NCBI GenBank assembly: GCA_964016885.1
Contig: OZ024743.1
Span: forward strand, 60,946,001-61,010,000
Length of the DNA stretch: 64,000 nucleotides
Source: Eledone cirrhosa
Taxonomy: Eukaryota
Direction of reading: 5' to 3'
How positions within the stretch are numbered: the first letter of the stretch is position 1; the number at the start of each line of letters is the position of its first letter. The position numbers and the translations under genes are program-made. Below, one piece after another: positions 12,033 through 26,499 of this stretch. A model generated the notes under the pieces. That model saw nothing but the letters and a program-made list of their open reading frames with translations, had not been told where the DNA came from and made no database searches.

Positions 12033-12752
12033 TAAAAATTGCAAGTTTGAAGATCTATTAGATAAAATATATACAGTATTTCCTCTCCTACTCCGCATAA
12101 ATCAACCACATTAAATCATTTAAACGAGGCTAAAAGTTTAAAATGTAACAATGAAGAAATAATAGACAAATGATACAGACTATCTTCCGCGATGTACGGC
12201 CATATGACATTTATCTAGTTATTTCTTTTAGCCTGTAACTGTGACTATGTCTAATTGTATATATATACCCCTTTGAATTTAATATATACTCCCGTAAGTT
12301 TGAGTAAAACTTTAGGCAGTATTCGGCTGCGCTTTCTAGCAGCCAGCTTACTCGCCGACAGGCACCAATCACACATTTTCTGCCTTGACCGCTAGCCACG
12401 TGAGAGTTCTTAGCCATTTTGAATTCATTTCTGGCGGGGCTCATGGTAGGAAAAACTTAGTCCAGTCTAAGGCGACTCCTGATGAGTTCCAAGCCTCGTG
12501 GATAGATCCAAGATCGGGTATATCCAAAAAATGGAACGAACCTGCCGGTGTAGTTAATTATTTGTTTAGTCACAGTTACAGGCTAAAAGAAATAACTAGA
12601 TAAATGTCATATGGCTGTACATCGCGGAAGATATTCTGTATCATTTGTCTATGATTTCTTCATTGTTACATTTTAAACTTATAGCCTCGTTTAAATGATT
12701 TAATGTGATATGTATCTGTGACTATGTCTAATTATATATATACACCCCTTTA

Positions 12753-12765
<13 letters not shown>
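12033..12765. mobile_element. (TA)n-flanked Penelope-like pLTR derivative with inverted arms
   Basis: 12108-12248 is the inverse of 12567-12707. 12240-12290 is directly repeated at 12717-12765. CCAAT at ~12365. Confidence 0.75.
12470..12563 (+). ncRNA. Degenerate hammerhead motif (family D)
   Basis: CUGAUGA-GUUCCA...UGGAAC-GAAC-CUGC cggu GUAG-UU; stem I decayed. Confidence 0.55.
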
Positions 12766-12800
<35 letters not shown>

Positions 12801-12903
12801 CGAAGGGAGTGTGGTAAAGAACCAGGTGGACCATAACGCACCAGAAAGTCCAGAAATAGCTGTCGAAACGGCTTGAGCTCTGCCGTGGGAATCTGACTCT
12901 TTT

Positions 12904-12940
<37 letters not shown>

Positions 12941-12952
12941 CTGTGTGTGTGT

Positions 12953-13036
<84 letters not shown>

Positions 13037-13039
13037 TCA

Positions 13040-14423
13040 CTTTCCTTCAGGAAAATGACCGCCTGACTAGCACGCAGTATGGCTTTCGCCCAGGAAGAAG
13101 GTGCCTTACACAGCTGCTACATCAATACAACTGGGTACTGAAACAACTGCTAGACAGCGCACATGTGGACGTGATACATCTTGAGTTTGCGAATGCCTTT
13201 GACAAGGTCGACCACAGAATGATATGTCACAAACTACACGGACTCGGCATAACTGGAAAAGTAGGTGAGTGGCTGCATGACTTCTTAAAGGACAGAAGCC
13301 AGGCAGTCGCAGCAAATGGGGCCCTCTCAAAAGAAACATCAATAACAAGTGGGGTGCCCCAAGGCACAGTCCTGCGACCACTACTGTTTCTGGTGACTCT
13401 CTCAGACATGCCCTCTGTACTACATACAACATCCCTCACTAGCTATGCTGATGACACTAACGTAGCACAGGCAATCAAAAACCCGGTGACGCTGCCCTTT
13501 TACAACAAGATCTGGATGCCATATACAAATGGGCGGAAGACAACAACATGCAGTTTAATGCTGGCAAATTCCAAGCCCTACAATACAAACCTGCAAACAC
13601 AAATAGAGTACAACACAGTTACGCCGGACCAGGAGGGACCGATATTCCCGTGTCGAAATCGATACGAGACCTGGGTATATACATGAGCGACGATGCATCT
13701 TTTTCCTCACACATCATGAAAGTGGCGACAATGTGCAGACGACTCGCTGGCTGGATCTTGTGGTCTTTACGGACAAGAGACCAAGACACCATGTTGACAC
13801 TATGGAGGACATTTGTCCTAAGCCGCCGGGACTATTGCTCCCAGTTGTGGTCACCCCATAGTCTCAATCTAACCACGGAGCTTGAGGCAATACAGCGAAG
13901 CTAGACCAAGAGGATTGCGACAATGAAGGAGATAAGCTCCTGGGAGAGGCTAAAAGAACTAAACCTCTACTCCTTGGAACGAAGACGGGAGAGATACGCA
14001 GTGATCTACATGTGGAAAATCCTGGAGGGACTATCACCAAACTTTGGCATTGGAAACTGGACCAACCGTCGAACAGGACGTCACTGTGTGGTACCAAAGG
14101 TCCCGTCTTCCACATCTAGAATAAGGAGCAGATATTGCAATAGCCTGGGGGTTCAAGAGCCCTCAACTCTTCAACAAGCTGCCGAAGGATATGAGAGATC
14201 TGCATGGTGTGGATGTGGATGCCTTCAAGAAACATCTCGACACCTTGCTATCCAGGATCCCAGATGAGCCCACAGCAAGGCACGAGGGAAACCTAAGGGC
14301 AGCAGCAACGAACTCACACTTGCACCAGTGGCTAACCAATACAGACTGGAGATAAAATGTGTAGCAACAAGGGGGGTGCCCCAGCATGGCCTCAGCCAGA
14401 TGGCTGGAACAGGTAAAAAAAAA
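13040..14423 (+). mobile_element. 5'-truncated CR1/L2-group LINE (RT pseudogene plus 3' UTR)
   Basis: QYGFRPGR, AFDKVDH, SGVPQGTVL, YADD, IRDLG, DYCSQLWSP, YSLERRRER with frameshifts. 3' end GGCTGGAACAGGTAAAAAA also occurs alone at 11970-12017. Confidence 0.92.
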
Positions 14424-14432
14424 ATATATATA

Positions 14433-14765
14433 TAGTGGTGGAACACTGGAAGGTAATATCCGTAGTGGTAGAGCACTGAGTCCAAGGGACGAGTTAGGTA
14501 GAAGTGGTTACATAACAGTTAGTTCACCATACCGAGAACAATTGTTTCACCTTAGCGGATCTTCAGCTCGGAATGGGCATGGTTATAGGAACAGGAACGA
14601 CAACCGTACGAACGCGCATGCGCAGAAACCGGGTCACTTCACACAGGCAATACTAGACTGCGGGCGAGAGGTGTAAGGGAGATAACTGCGAAAGTCCGAA
14701 AAGTTTTTAGGTTGAAAATAAAATTACAAAGAATCAGTCCGGAGCCTTGTAGTTATGCAATAGGT

Positions 14766-14768
<3 letters not shown>
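14433..14768 (-). mobile_element. Solo pLTR-like element between (TA)n tracts (family E)
   Basis: Carries a hammerhead motif. Its 3' end recurs at 24440-24530, also abutting (TA)n. Confidence 0.7.
14532..14571 (-). ncRNA. Minimal type I hammerhead ribozyme (family E), intact core
   Basis: CCGAG-CUGAAGA-U-CC gcuaa GG-U-GAAA-CAAUUG-UU-CUCGG. Confidence 0.82.
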
Positions 14769-14826
<58 letters not shown>

Positions 14827-15015
14827 CGTGTGTGTGTGTTAATACATGGAGTAAAGTCCCTACCCAAGATTTTAAGACCCAAATTTAACCATATTCACCA
14901 AAATCAAGAAGCATCAAATTAGTGACTTTCTTTTCAGGCGCTAATACGAGACAATAAGATGTTAAAAGTAAATTCTGCTAAGAACTATACACACACACAT
15001 ACACACATATATATG

Positions 15016-15051
<36 letters not shown>

Positions 15052-15163
15052 TAAGAGGAATTGCAACTTTGTCTGATTTACTCGTTTTATTTACAATCCT
15101 TTAAAATTTATAATGGTATTATAATGAAATAGTATGTTAGAATATTAAATTCTAAGTGTTAAT

Positions 15164-15201
15164 TGAACAAGTACTTCATGCTTTCGCAATATTCAGGTTC
15201 A
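15164..15201 (-). ncRNA. Minimal hammerhead motif (family A), mutated
   Basis: UGAAC-CUGAAUA-UUGCGAAAGCAU-GAA-GUAC-UU-GUUCA within fragment 15048-15230 ending at (TA)n. Confidence 0.6.
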
Positions 15202-15805
15202 TAATATGTGGTGACAGTCAAGTTTGCAATATATATGTATATGTATTATATACATATTATATATATCATATATATATACATTCAAACATGAGTTATAATA
15301 TGCCAACTAGTGTACTTGGGTATAATCTACAAACTTCAACATCATTCTCACACGTTCCACACCTTTCTCTCATGCACCCACCATTTGTTCCTCAGTCTCA
15401 CTCTCTCTCTCCCTCTCACTCTCCCCCTCTGTCTCTCTCTTTGTCTCTCTCTCATATTTCTTTTACTCCTCATCACTCTTTATTTGTCTTCATTTTCATG
15501 TCATAATGCTTAAAAATATTTTTCGAAATATATAACAAAATTATTGTTATATTGCAATATATTGATTCTGAAATCTACTTCATTTTCATTTTTCTAATGA
15601 AGTAACAGGATTATTTGAGTCCAGTTGACAATTTATTTATTTTTATCTTTTTTATTTTCCAGTTTATTTCAATTAATATTTAAAACATTTTGACATTTTT
15701 TTTTTAAATGAAATTTAGCCTCACAATCTTTTCTTAAGATTTATTTATTAAAATATATATCTACAGTAAATTATTTACTAAGTTTTCATAACTAATCATA
15801 TAAAT

Positions 15806-15985
15806 AATTGTTTCTATTTTTGGCACAAAGCCAGCAAATACCCAGTACATTACTGGTACTTTATTTTATCGACCCCGTAAGGATGAAAGGCAAAGTTAAC
15901 CTCGACGGGATTTGAACTCAGATCGTAAAGGGACGTAACTATGCTGGAAAGCATGGCATCCGACCCTCCACCGATACTGCCAATT
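15806..15985 (-). mobile_element. tRNA-derived SINE S1, near full length
   Basis: A-box-like TGGCAGTATCGG, B-box GAGTTCAAATCCC, conserved core, AGAAACAATTATT tail. Confidence 0.9.
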
Positions 15986-16009
15986 TCACATAATGAAACA
16001 AATTAGGGA

Positions 16010-16500
16010 AGAGCTAAAGAAGGGTAGATCTGGTTGTATAAGAAAGTAAAGGAATGGATTAAAAATGCCATAAATGAGAAGAAAGGGAGGGAAAGGTCAA
16101 GGGCTATTTGGCCACGTTTTTTATTTTCTTGAAAGTCCCTAACAAGGCGTGGAGCCACTTAATGGAAGGGACTATTATGAAGAAGAAATTAAGATGAAAG
16201 GAATGTATTTACTTAGACGTTAAAGATTTCAGGTCATAAGGAGGGGGAACCAATGAGGTGTAAGAAAGTATCAGTTCGAGGAAAAAAGCTACGACCGTAG
16301 AAAGATTTCCTTATTCGTGGAACCACAATAGCATCCAAATGAAGATACTGTGAGATTCGAGATATGCGAAATGGCACTAATTGATCTGGAACCAAAAGAG
16401 AGTTCATCAGAGCACATCCTGTTATAATACAGACAGTAAACCGCGAAGACCTACGGCAAACAGTCGGGAATTAGCTGCTGAAGCGGCAACAGATCAGCCG
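16010..16500 (-). mobile_element. Degenerate LINE 3' fragment (CR1/L2/Jockey group)
   Basis: Resembles the 3' region of the 27200-28500 LINE (..GAGTGGC..GCCTTGTT tail motif); no intact ORF. Confidence 0.45.
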
Positions 16501-16541
16501 TCGAGGCCCGACTTTTTATAATATATATATATACACACACA

Positions 16542-17411
16542 CGAGGTGTGTTATAAAAGATTCAGGACTGGGATCGCAAAAATAGCTTTTTTCAAATCCA
16601 CACCACAAACTACAGGTTTTACCATTCAGAATAATACACCTCGAGTATAACGCAATTTCTCAATCTTTGCCGCCACCTCTCCATGCACTCCTGGAAGGAT
16701 TCTCCCGGGATTCTCCTCAGCTCCGGCGTCATGACCAACTCGATGTCTTCCACGTCCGCATGGGTCGTATTCGAATATCCATGACTCATCACCGATGGTA
16801 GCCCTCCCCAGCTAGTCTTGTTCGGTTTCATGTCACTGGTGGATGTCCTGACACACCTGCATACGCCGCCCCCACAGGTTTTGTTCAGCATCGTCTTCGC
16901 ACATATCTTCCGCATGCCCAAATCCTCGGTGATAATCTTCCAAACGCTGTCACGGTTCATACCTCAGGTCACTTGCGATAAGCTGAACAGTCACCCAACA
17001 ACAGCCACGCAGCATATGTCTCACACACTCAACGGCAAACTCAGTTCTACTCGTTGAAGAGTTTCCACTCATGGAGTGGGCGTCCATCTTTTGAGCCACT
17101 CGAAAAGTCATGTGTTTGACATCGTCTCATTGCTGAACACTTGCTGTAGTATTCTGATGGAGGTTTCCCAAGTCGGACCAGAAACTATAGGTTGGATCGT
17201 TGCTCTTTTTCCATCGCTCGACGGCCTAAAACTAAGGAGTTGTTAATAAAACCACATGAAAACGATACAATGTCTGCAGAGAACTGAGATCAAAGTTATA
17301 TACTCCCCGAATATTACGTCACACGGCGTCGCAACCCGCTAATCCCTACCACATTCTTACCTCACACAGAACACAGCACACTAAGTCCTGTTACTTATCT
17401 GACACACCTCG
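16542..17411 (-). mobile_element. Internally deleted mariner transposon
   Basis: TIRs CGAGGTGTGTTA.AAAAG..CAGGACT / AGTCCTG..ACTTATCTGACACACCTCG. ORF 16619-16960 includes WKIITEDLGMRKICAK and FQECMERWRQRL. Confidence 0.88.
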
Positions 17412-18392
17412 CATATATACATATATATAGAGAGAGATATAGATATTTATGCATTTACAAGTACACATACATACCCACACACATACATACACATATACAC
17501 ACATACACACATACAAACATACATATATACAAACATACGTTCGTCCGTACGTAGATATGTACATATATGCATACATACATACATACATACATACAATCGT
17601 AGGTACGTACTTATATGCATAAATGCATACATACATACATACATACATACATACATACATACATACATACATACATACATACATACATACATACATACGT
17701 ACTCTGTTCCAAAACCATTAGTTTGCACAAGTGAAATGCTTTAAAGCTAAGTATGAAAATCTGTAAGTATGTAAGATAACAAGGGTTCTTTAGATTGCAC
17801 TTAAATTCTTAATAAGGTGCATGCAACAATTGCAACAACTACGACAACAAAAATACTGAAAATACCAACAACAATAATATTGAAGTAGAAAGAAACGTTA
17901 AGAAAAGCAACAACAACAATAACAAAAACAACAACGCCAACACAGACAATAGGAAAAGATGTGATAATGGAGAAAAAGAATTCCTGGTTTCGTCGTAAGC
18001 CGTGCTCTTTCGTACGAAAGTCATGTCACTTAACGTGCCATTTTAAGTTTCAATAGAAACTTTTTAAAAGCACTGAAATTTGTAAACGGCATGATGTAGC
18101 AATGCTGCAAGTCTTTTTAAATAAAAATTATTGAATATGGAAGAAAACGTTAATGTTAATAGCTTTCCTGGTCGATAAATGGCTCCAATAACAACAATAT
18201 GCGAAAATATTATCTTCTGTAAGGCCATAATACTAAATATCAGTTTAAAAGTAATAACAGGAAAAAAATTTGATTCTAAAAAGAACAAATGTTTTTTACT
18301 ATTACAAATATTACTACATTTGCTATTGGTGATATGGATGATGATGTTGATAATGAGAATAATGATGACGGTGGTGGTGGTGGAGGTTATGA

Positions 18393-18428
<36 letters not shown>

Positions 18429-18454
18429 GGATAAATCTTTCGCCTTTAATGATA

Positions 18455-18650
18455 ATTGTTTCTACTTTAGGTATAAGGCCAGCAATTTGAAGGGGAAGGG
18501 AAAGTCGATTAAATCGACAACAGCGCATTACTGTTGCTTTATTTTATCGACCCCGTAAGGATGAAAGGCAAAGCTAACCTCAGCGGGATTTGAACTCAGA
18601 ACGTAAAGAGCCGTAACTCTATGCCGCTAAGCATGTTGTCCGATGCCCTA
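18455..18650 (-). mobile_element. tRNA-derived SINE S1
   Basis: Same core and B-box as other S1 copies. Confidence 0.85.
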
Positions 18651-18654
18651 ATAA

Positions 18655-19020
18655 AAAGGATGTGAGTTCGACTCCCATATACGTCAATACTCATCTTTTT
18701 CCATTTCTTAGAGGGTCTTAAACCCCACTATCAGGCTAAAATGTCTTTCATAAAAAAATACGGCGAAAGCTTCTAATTATAGTTCAAACTCGCTCGTTGT
18801 TTCAAAACAAATTTATTATTATATTTGCTTTGAATGTAGCTCCTAATTTGAATAGCACAGGATATATGATGTGTTGGTGTAGTGGTAGCACAGTGGTCTG
18901 GATAACCAAAGATATGGGTTTGACCCTCATGTCCGTTAATACTCTTCTTTTTTCATTTCTTTGAACCCCACTAGGCTAAAATTTCTTTAGTCAAAAAATA
19001 CGGGGAAAGCTTTTATTTAT
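18655..19020 (+). repeat. Tandem tRNA-like repeat (1.5 units)
   Basis: Homologous to 44181-44425 and 63627-64000; cloverleaf-like head at 18868-18938. Confidence 0.75.
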
Positions 19021-19832
19021 ATTCTAATAATAATAATAATAATAATAATATGGAACGGCAAGAACCCTCCGATACGTCCTGAATATCTGAGGCTGCAGGT
19101 AGTGGCTTGATATTCAATCCAACGGACTTTCCAGTTGACCAACATCAATGACTGAGATTCAAGGAATAACAATAACAATAATAATAATAATAATAATCCT
19201 ATCATTTGTTTTTCACAAGTGTCTTTATGTATAACTCAACTTGTGTCATGTGAAAATGTTAAAAGCCATGTTGATGTATAGACACGCACACTATTTCCTG
19301 ATAGCAACTCCTGGCAAATGGAGGTTAAATTTGATCTCAGGGCGCACGGAGACGGATAAGATAGATACCGCAAAGTATCTTGCCCAACTGGAGTTATGTT
19401 TATTGATCGATTAAATGGATGACAAAATTGGCCATGATAGGATTTGAACTCGGAACGCAAAAGTCCAGAACAAATATTCTTTTAATCACTGATATATTTC
19501 GTCCTTTGGTACACCAAACAGCTTAACCCTTATTTTGGGGGTATCATCTGGCAAATTTGGTTGTACCTCTATTCATGGGCCAGTCTTGTCACATAATGAC
19601 ACGCTGAATCTCACTGAGAATTGTGTTAAGGATGTACGTGTCTCTGAAATGCGCAGCTATTTGCTGTTAATATCATGAGCAGACTGTTCCATTGATCAAA
19701 CAATTTGAACATTCATCCTCGAAACTGACGGAGGTCCAACACACACGCACATATTAACACCGTATAGACTATTTTCCAGTAATTCTAGCTTACAATATAA
19801 ATGGATGACATGTTAAAATTACGTAAGTAATA

Positions 19833-21101
19833 CGAGGTTTGTCCCAAATGTAAGAGTTCTGATTTTCATATATACAACATGGTAACACAGCACCTCATTG
19901 ATGTATATAGTCACTTTGGTTATGACCTTAGCATACTTGTTTCAACTTGAACAATTGATTCAGTCGTAATTTATTACTGTTTATGTACAAACTTGTTTAT
20001 AATTTCTGTTACGTTTGCGATGCCGGAAAATATCGAACAACAGTATGCGATATAATTTTTCTGCGAAACTTAGCAAATCTGCCACCGGAGCGTTTAGTTT
20101 TTTAATACAGGTTTATGGAGAATCCACTCTATCGAGAAGTAAGATGTTTAGGTGGCACAAAGCTTTTAAAGAGTGTCGAGAAAATGTTGAAGATGAATCT
20201 CGTTTTGGAAGGCCAATCTGGTGAAGAAATGAACAAAATGTGGAAGTGGCGTGAATGGTGCTGGAGAAACATCACCTATTAAGTTTTAGGTTGATAGCAA
20301 AAGAAACGGGCTTGGATAAAAATGCAGTTCACAGAATTTTAACAGACCATTTGCATATGCAAAAAGAATTGTGCAAAGTTAGTGTCCGAGTACGTGTGTA
20401 TGGAGCAAAAAGTGAGCAGGTTGGAAATTTGTCAGGATTTGCTGGAAATATTCGAAATTGAGACAAATTTCTTGGATAAAGTAATATCAGGAAATGAATT
20501 ATGGGTGTTCGAGTACGATCTAGAAAGTAAACGACAAAGTGAGGATTGGTGCACGAAAACCTTTCGGACGAAGAAAGTACACATGAGCAGACCCAGGGTG
20601 TGAACAATGATGCTCTTTTTTTCTACAGCCGTGGTATTGTTCCCAATGAATTTTTACCTTCAAGAGAGGCAGTTATTCAGAACGACTTCGAAAACCGATC
20701 CAGCAAGTCGGAAAGGAAATTGCAGGAGATTGAGTAACGTACCACCATAACCTCGTCTGCTCACACAACACTTTCAATTAGAGAATGTCTGACGAAGAAA
20801 TTCATTCCCACTCTTCCACATCCTCCTTACACCTCAAATCTAACCTCCTATGATTTCTACCTCATCCAAAAGTTGAAATACAAGTTGAAGGGTCATCATT
20901 TTGCGACTGTGGAAAACATACAAAACATTGTAAACAATGAGCTGTGGTCACTCACGGAAAATTACTTCCGGTACTGCTACGATCAAGGGAAGAAACGTTT
21001 GAACCACTTTGACTTCCCAAGGGTCTTATCTTGACGGAGATAACTTTACAAAGATACATTTAAATGAAATTTCATTGCCCTTACTTTCGGGGCAGACCTC
21101 G
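19833..21101 (+). mobile_element. Full-length degenerate mariner transposon
   Basis: TA|CGAGGTTTGTCCCAAATGTAAG ... CTTACTTTCGGGGCAGACCTCG|TA. Broken transposase with MFRWHKAFKE, VEDESRFGRP, ISGNELWVFEYD and HPPYTSNL. Confidence 0.93.
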
Positions 21102-21112
21102 TACATTACATG

Positions 21113-21420
21113 TAGACCCTGGCATGGTTGAGTGGGCAAAAATGTTGCTTATCAATCATGAGATCGCGGGTTCAATTCTACAGGATGGCATTTTGAGCAA
21201 GAGATTTTACTATAGTCTCCGGTGTATCTAAGTGAAATTGATTTGACTGAAACTGTCGAATTGACTGTACCTGTAATTCAAATACCCAGCCTTGACACAT
21301 ATTGTGTCATGTTGATTCTACCTGAGAATTATGTTAATAGTACACGTGTATGATGTTTATTCAACCACTTACACGCTAACTCTTAAGTTGAATGTCCAGA
21401 AACTGACGAAGGGTCCTCCA
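21113..21420 (+). mobile_element. tRNA-derived SINE (V-SINE-like family)
   Basis: TGGTTGAGTGG A-box, GGTTCAATTC B-box, TTGAGCAAGA. 3' part similar to 19550-19740. Confidence 0.6.
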
Positions 21421-22603
21421 TCATCTTGATCACATCATCATGCTATGTTGAGTAGACAATAATCATATTCGGTTGGTTCTTCTCCAAATGACTTGGGCTC
21501 TTGCTATTGTTTAACCCCAGATTAAACCTGGTCAATCAGGTTTAACTTCAAAGCATCCCCGCTGTATTGAACCTGCCTATTTAAGGAAGTATAAAAGATT
21601 ATCAAATAATGGAATGCTCATCGCCGTAAACGACGTAGGGTTCATTATAATCAATATGTTACATGGAGAACATTTACACATCACCCTACACATCTTATGT
21701 GTTATACATTTTATAGCCATATAGTCTCTATTTTTATCATCGCAACTTGTATTATATAATGTATGACATGATACGGTCATGTAAGTATCATGTTACATGG
21801 AGTATATATAGCCATCACTGTTACAACGTGTGAGTTATATATGTTTATAGCCATATAGTCTATATTTTTATCATTACAACTGACAATATATAAATATTCG
21901 CTATGTTCCGGTTGTGTAAGTTTATGCGATATGGAAAAATGTAACCACAAAAGTTTACTGAAGCCAACACATTAATTGATTAGACACATTACAAAGACAT
22001 CGGCTTTAGATTGAGATATAACTCCATAGAAGACATCATTAACACTATCGCCAACTGTCCTTATGCTTAATTTAATAGGCTGCATAATTTACATATTTGC
22101 ATAATATTAATCGCTATATCACTTCTTGTGGAATAATCAATTGACTCTACTTCAGTCCATTTAGTCTGCCGTTGAATCCCAAATGGGGTGTAAAATGGTA
22201 AGATCTTGTTTACAGGCCAAAGCTAATAGAGAAGGAATCCATATGGTTCTTGTGAACTTACATAATTATATTGAAATATTGCAAAATTATTCTAGTTTCC
22301 AGAAATAAAATAAAACATTAACCAGTGAATAAATAAACCACAGGACTGCACTAAATTAAGATCGATACTTCGATCTTCATGGCAAAATGGGCAACCTCCT
22401 TGCGTTGAAGTAATAGAACTACAGCTAAAATTCGACGTCATATATATATATATATATATATGTACACACACATAATATATATTTATGTGAGTTTTATTGT
22501 ACAACAATAAAACAATGCAAATATCGGATAAGTAGCACTCAACAGTTTATTGGACTGGAGTATATATAAGAAGAAATTAAAAGATGGTTAAAATAGTTCC
22601 ATG

Positions 22604-22675
22604 TATTTTATTATGCGCATTTCAAAAACAAATATCATCCTGGGACGATATTTGCGTTCTATTTCAGATAAAATA
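22604..22675 (-). ncRNA. Hammerhead motif (family F) in (TA)n-flanked inverted repeat 22560-22840
   Basis: UAUUUUAU-CUGAA(-)A-U-long stem II-U-GAAA-UGCGCA-UA-AUAAAAUA; one core base missing. Arms ~22561-22660 and ~22743-22840 are inverted. Confidence 0.65.
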
Positions 22676-22885
22676 GGGAGACATGATATGATGCTTAAAA
22701 AAACACTTGTGAACAAGGTAGTGTCTAATCAACATATGTTGAGAACGCAAATATCGTCCCAGGATGATATTTGTTTTTGAAATGCGCATAATAAAATACA
22801 TGGAACTTTTTTAAACATCTTTTAATTTCTTCTTATATATATATATATGTGTGTGTTTGTGTGTGTGAGTGTGTGTATAGTTTAT

Positions 22886-22917
<32 letters not shown>

Positions 22918-22984
22918 ATCTGTGTATATATATATACATATATTTATATATATATATATATATGTGTGTGTCTGTGTAACATTG

Positions 22985-24385
22985 AAAGAGATATTTCTTT
23001 ATTTGCCACAAGGGCGCACAAGAAAAGGGGACAATACAAAGACACATGCCGGGGATTTTACATACAGTCGTGTAAAAATATTGAAACAAACAGTTATAAC
23101 AATCGAAATCCCTAATAGAGGGGAAGCTCCACAAATAGGTTGTTTAATACCCCGTCGATAGAACAACCCTCAACTGTTGTGCAAGTGCTCCCTTCTTCCT
23201 TTTGTTCTCTTCTTTACTCTACAGGCTTATAAACAGAGAAGGCCCAATCACTCGGGCCATTTTCACTTCATTCACCCACCTTTCAGTAAATTTACTGGGA
23301 TGCAGTGTCTCTCTCTCCACTCTGATTCTCCTTCTAAAGTGATACTTAAAGAAGGGAATCAATTGTTGTCCGGAGAGAAAGGCATCTGTCCTCAGTCCTC
23401 TCAATCTCGTCCACCATGTAACCTCTTTCACCATAGCTACTGTACAGAGAAAAACCGCCTCTCTTTCGTATTTGAAAGAGGTTGGCGGTTTGATCCTTAC
23501 TATGGACTCGGCAGTCAACTGGATTTGTCCCATACGCGACAGCAGTTGTTCTGCATAGTTCCACAGGTCGCTTACGCCCGGGCAGTGTACAATTGCGTGC
23601 AAGACGGTTTCAATGTCCTGCTCGCATCTTGGACACGTCATCTTGGAAGGATCTCTGCCGGGGCGTCCGTGCCTGTAGATCTTATCTCGAACGGGTAGAG
23701 CTCCTCGGTAGCACTGCCAGGCCATAGGTCAGCAAGTTGTCCATAGGTGCCGGGCGGAAAGTCCTGCCGAACAGACTGGTGAGCTCGTCGTCTTCGACGC
23801 CTAGAGTCTCCTCGAGCACGTCGTCGCACTTGTAAAGTACTAACCCTCTATAGAATGTCGAAGTGGAGTCTCCACTGATTGCTGTGCCCGCTTGACAGAG
23901 GACTGTGAGCGCCTGGGCGGATTCAATGTGCCAGGCGCCCATCTTCTTCGGTCTTCGCTTGCAGCGAAACAAGTTGTGGGAAGGCCTGTCTCACAAACGG
24001 TACCCACACTGGTTGGTCGGTGAGGAATACCTGGAGATGCCGTAGCCTCAGCGCATTTTTGCGCATCATTAGCCACGGCATTCCCAGCCCCCCGTTGGAA
24101 GGGTGTTGACAGCAGACGGATCTCCTCACCAGTAGAGCCTGCTTCTCCACAGGAACTGGAAGAGCATGCGTTCCATCTTGGTGAGGTATTCACGGGGACA
24201 AGGCACGACAGTCAAGCGGTAGTAAATGACAGACGCTATGAAAGTGTTCGCCACCTCCACTCGACCTTTCAAAGACAGTTGGCACTCTGTACTCTTCTGT
24301 GTGAGCGCAATACCTTGGCCATAACCTCGTTCCAGTTTTTCTACACCTGAAGGTCTGGACCGAACCAGACCCCGAGAAATTTCCC

Positions 24386-24388
<3 letters not shown>
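22985..24388 (-). mobile_element. Tx1/L1-type LINE ORF2 3' fragment
   Basis: LSLKGRVEVANTF, GGLGMP, WQCYRGALPV, CPRCEQDIETVLHAIVHC (zf-RVT-like CCHC); 3' UTR ends near AATAAA at ~23000. Confidence 0.9.
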
Positions 24389-24441
<53 letters not shown>

Positions 24442-24546
24442 GTAGAACACTGGAGGGTATATCCGTTGTAGTAGAGCACTCAGTCCATGGGACGTGTTTG
24501 GTAGAAGTCGTTCCACAACAGTTAGTTCACTAACTGTTGTGGAACT

Positions 24547-24691
<145 letters not shown>

Positions 24692-24868
24692 ATACATTAA
24701 CAGAGAAAGCTTTAAGCAATACTCTGACTGGCTTCCATCTCACTCAACAAACATTAGGATATACCTTAGTATAATCCCAATTTTACGTTTGGGGTACTAA
24801 CTATATGTATTTTGCGGATAGCCAGTTGTATTATTTTATATGAGACATAATTAAAATACATCTCCCTT

Positions 24869-24990
24869 TCCAAACAATTGTTTCCTTATAAGTTTTCTAC
24901 AAGTCGGGAAAAATGTGTCCAGGTTATGTAGAAGCCTACACCTAGTCCGTAGGAATATATGCAGGTGGGCACTTATAAATCATCAGTGGA
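24869..24990 (-). ncRNA. Type I hammerhead ribozyme with large stem II insert (family G), intact core
   Basis: UCCA-CUGAUGA-U-UUAUAAGU...ACUUAUAA-G-GAAA-CAAUUG-UU-UGGA; element ends at (TA)n ~24690. Confidence 0.8.
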
Positions 24991-25559
24991 TGCCCGCCAA
25001 ACATCGATATAAAAAAAAATGTTCTTACCGATATCCAATGTTCAGCGATGGTCCCCCTCCGTATCAGAATCACCGCCAAATTTGAAATTCCAGCAGTCTC
25101 AGAATGAGAAATTTCGCACTGTCATCAAGCGGAAAGGGGAGGTCATCGCAAAACACAAGAAAATAAAACAATATGCACGCGGGTCAATTAATTTTTTCAA
25201 TAATTTTAACCTTGCGTGTGAAGAACTCAATTAGATTTTTAAAAAATATAAATATGTCCATGTATTATTTATACACGCATATAGGTATTTTTTTAGGCTA
25301 AAAACAGAGATATGATACCAGAATAACAATCAATATTTCATAAAAATAATAAATGCGGAAAGTTACACTTAAAAGGTATCTGGAAATATTCATCTCTGGC
25401 CAAATCAAGAGTATAATATTTAATACTCAGGGGTTACTCAGGGGTATCTGACGGACATTTGGGTCTTTGATTCGCTGTCGGTGCACCTGTGCACGTTCCG
25501 ATATATATATATATATTTTTTATCGATCGACTTTCGTCAAATCGGACCGAGGAAACAAT

Positions 25560-26188
<629 letters not shown>

Positions 26189-26499
26189 GAACGTGCACGG
26201 GTGCACCGACAGTGAATCAAAGACCCAAATGTCCGTCAGATACCCCTGGGTAACCATTTAGCAACATGTGATCAGAAAATATTTATAATATTTCCATTCT
26301 ACAAACTACCCAGCCCAAGTGAAATCAAGAGAAAAATTAAAGAAAAGAATTTTATTGATAAATTCCAATTCAAGCTAAATGAACAATCATAATGCTTAGG
26401 GTATTACTTCTACTATCACTACGCCTACGAGCAAGTCAACTACCACCAATAACAACAACAACAACAATAATAATAATAAAAGTGATGTTTATGTTGATG

